64,000 nucleotides of DNA, from the NCBI RefSeq assembly GCF_006345805.1, contig NC_043020.1, positions 7,812,001 to 7,876,000 on the forward strand. Direction: 5' to 3'. This document shows positions 62,802-64,000 of the stretch, piece after piece. The notes beneath the pieces are model-generated. The model was not told the origin of the DNA and did no database searches. It worked only from the letters and a program-made list of their open reading frames with translations. The translations under genes and the position numbers were made by a program. The number at the start of each line of letters is the position of its first letter. Positions within the stretch are counted from its first letter, which is position 1. The stretch comes from Octopus sinensis (taxonomy: Eukaryota).

Positions 62802-63201
62802 GGCGCAGGAGTGGCTGTGTGGTAAGTAGCTTGCTAACCGACCACATGGTTCCGGGTTCAGTCCCACTGCGTGGCACCTTGGGCAGGTGTCTTCTGCTAT
62901 AGCCTCGGGCCGACCAAAGCCTTGTGAGTGGATTTGGTAGACGGAAACTGAAAGAAGCCTGTCGTATATATGTACATATATATATGTATGTATATGTTTG
63001 TGTGTCTGTGTTTGTCCCCCTAGCATTGCTAGACAACCGATGCTGGTGTGTTTATGTCCCCGTCACTTAGCGGTTCGGCAAAAGAGACCGATAGAATAAG
63101 TACTGGGCTTACAAAGAATAAGTCCCGGGGTCAATTTGCTCGACTAAAGGTGGTGCTCCAGCATGGCCGCAGTCAAATGACTGAAACAAGTAAAAGAGTA
63201 A
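62802..63201 (+). mobile_element. SINE family B, young full-length copy
   Basis: GGCGCAGGAGTGGCTGTGTGG head with B-box-like GGTTCAGTCCC, internal (TA/TG)n, GAAACAAGTAAAAGAGTAA tail. Confidence 0.92.
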
Positions 63202-63267
63202 TCCCTTCTAGGTAGTACCCTAGCATGGCTGCAGTCCGTTGAATGAAGTAAGAGATAAAAGACATAA

Positions 63268-63657
63268 GTGCAGGCATGGCTGTGTGGTAAGAAGCTTGCT
63301 TCCCAACCACATGGTTCCGGGTTCGGTCCTACTGTATGGTACCTTGAGCAGGTGTCTTCTACTATAGCCTCGGGCCGACCAAGGCCTTGTGAGTGGATTT
63401 GGTAGATGGAAACTGAAAGAAGCCCGTCATATATGTATATGTATGTATCTATGTATGTGTGTCTTTGTCCCCCCCCCCACCACCACCACTTGACAATAGG
63501 TGTTGGTATGTTTATGTCCTTGTAACTTAGTGGTTCGACAAAGAAATCGATAGAAGAAGTAGGTTTGAAAAAAAGAAAAAAGACTGGGGTCGATACATTC
63601 GACTATAAATTCTTCAAGGCGATGCCCCAGCATGGCCGCAGTCTAATGACCGAAACA
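63268..63657 (+). mobile_element. SINE family B, diverged copy
   Basis: Collinear with 62802-63201. Confidence 0.8.
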
Positions 63658-64000
63658 ACACACCTGCGAGCGAGCGGGGGCGGGGTGGGTGGCAGGTACT
63701 TCAGCCATATTGTCTGTTAAGAAGCGTTGACATCTGTTTCTGCTGTTGTTATTTGTTCAACGGAGTTTTTCCACCTGGACGCTCGACCTGCTAGAAATAG
63801 CCGCCAAATCTCACTAAAATCAACACCCCCTGCCGTCTTAACTAAGGAAAGGATACATCAGATAATGCAGTCCTATGCCCTTATACCCCTAAAAAAAATG
63901 GGGATGGTCACGTTTGATCGATCGTGTCTGTCTCCTCGATTAGGGTTCACTTGCCGTCTATCGATCATAATTCAGCGGAGGATGCTGCTTAATGATAACA

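Overview
AT-rich, repeat-dense eukaryotic non-coding DNA, intronic or intergenic. The tRNA-related SINE families and the (TA)n/(TG)n/(ATT)n load look like Octopus (coleoid cephalopod) DNA; this is an inference from recalled repeat families, not a database hit. No host protein-coding exon could be identified with confidence, and almost all listed ORFs are microsatellite or SINE artefacts. Supported features: many SINE copies (several with exact target-site duplications, TSDs), RTE and CR1 LINE 3' fragments, a nested fossil hAT (Buster/Charlie-type) transposon with related MITEs, piggyBac-type TTAA MITEs, a mariner relic, and many fold-back elements. The main unexplained signal is about a dozen minimal type-I hammerhead ribozyme (HHR) motifs with palindromic helix III, the form known from Penelope-like elements (PLEs). 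Most lie inside short inverted-repeat elements. One is apparently intact (11822-11894, minus strand), sits inside a perfect 44-bp inverted repeat, and lies 36 nt upstream of a 15-nt micro-exon-like splice cassette. Another sits at the apex of a ~134-bp inverted repeat bracketed by ~120-bp direct repeats. All structures were read by eye; none was folded or searched computationally.
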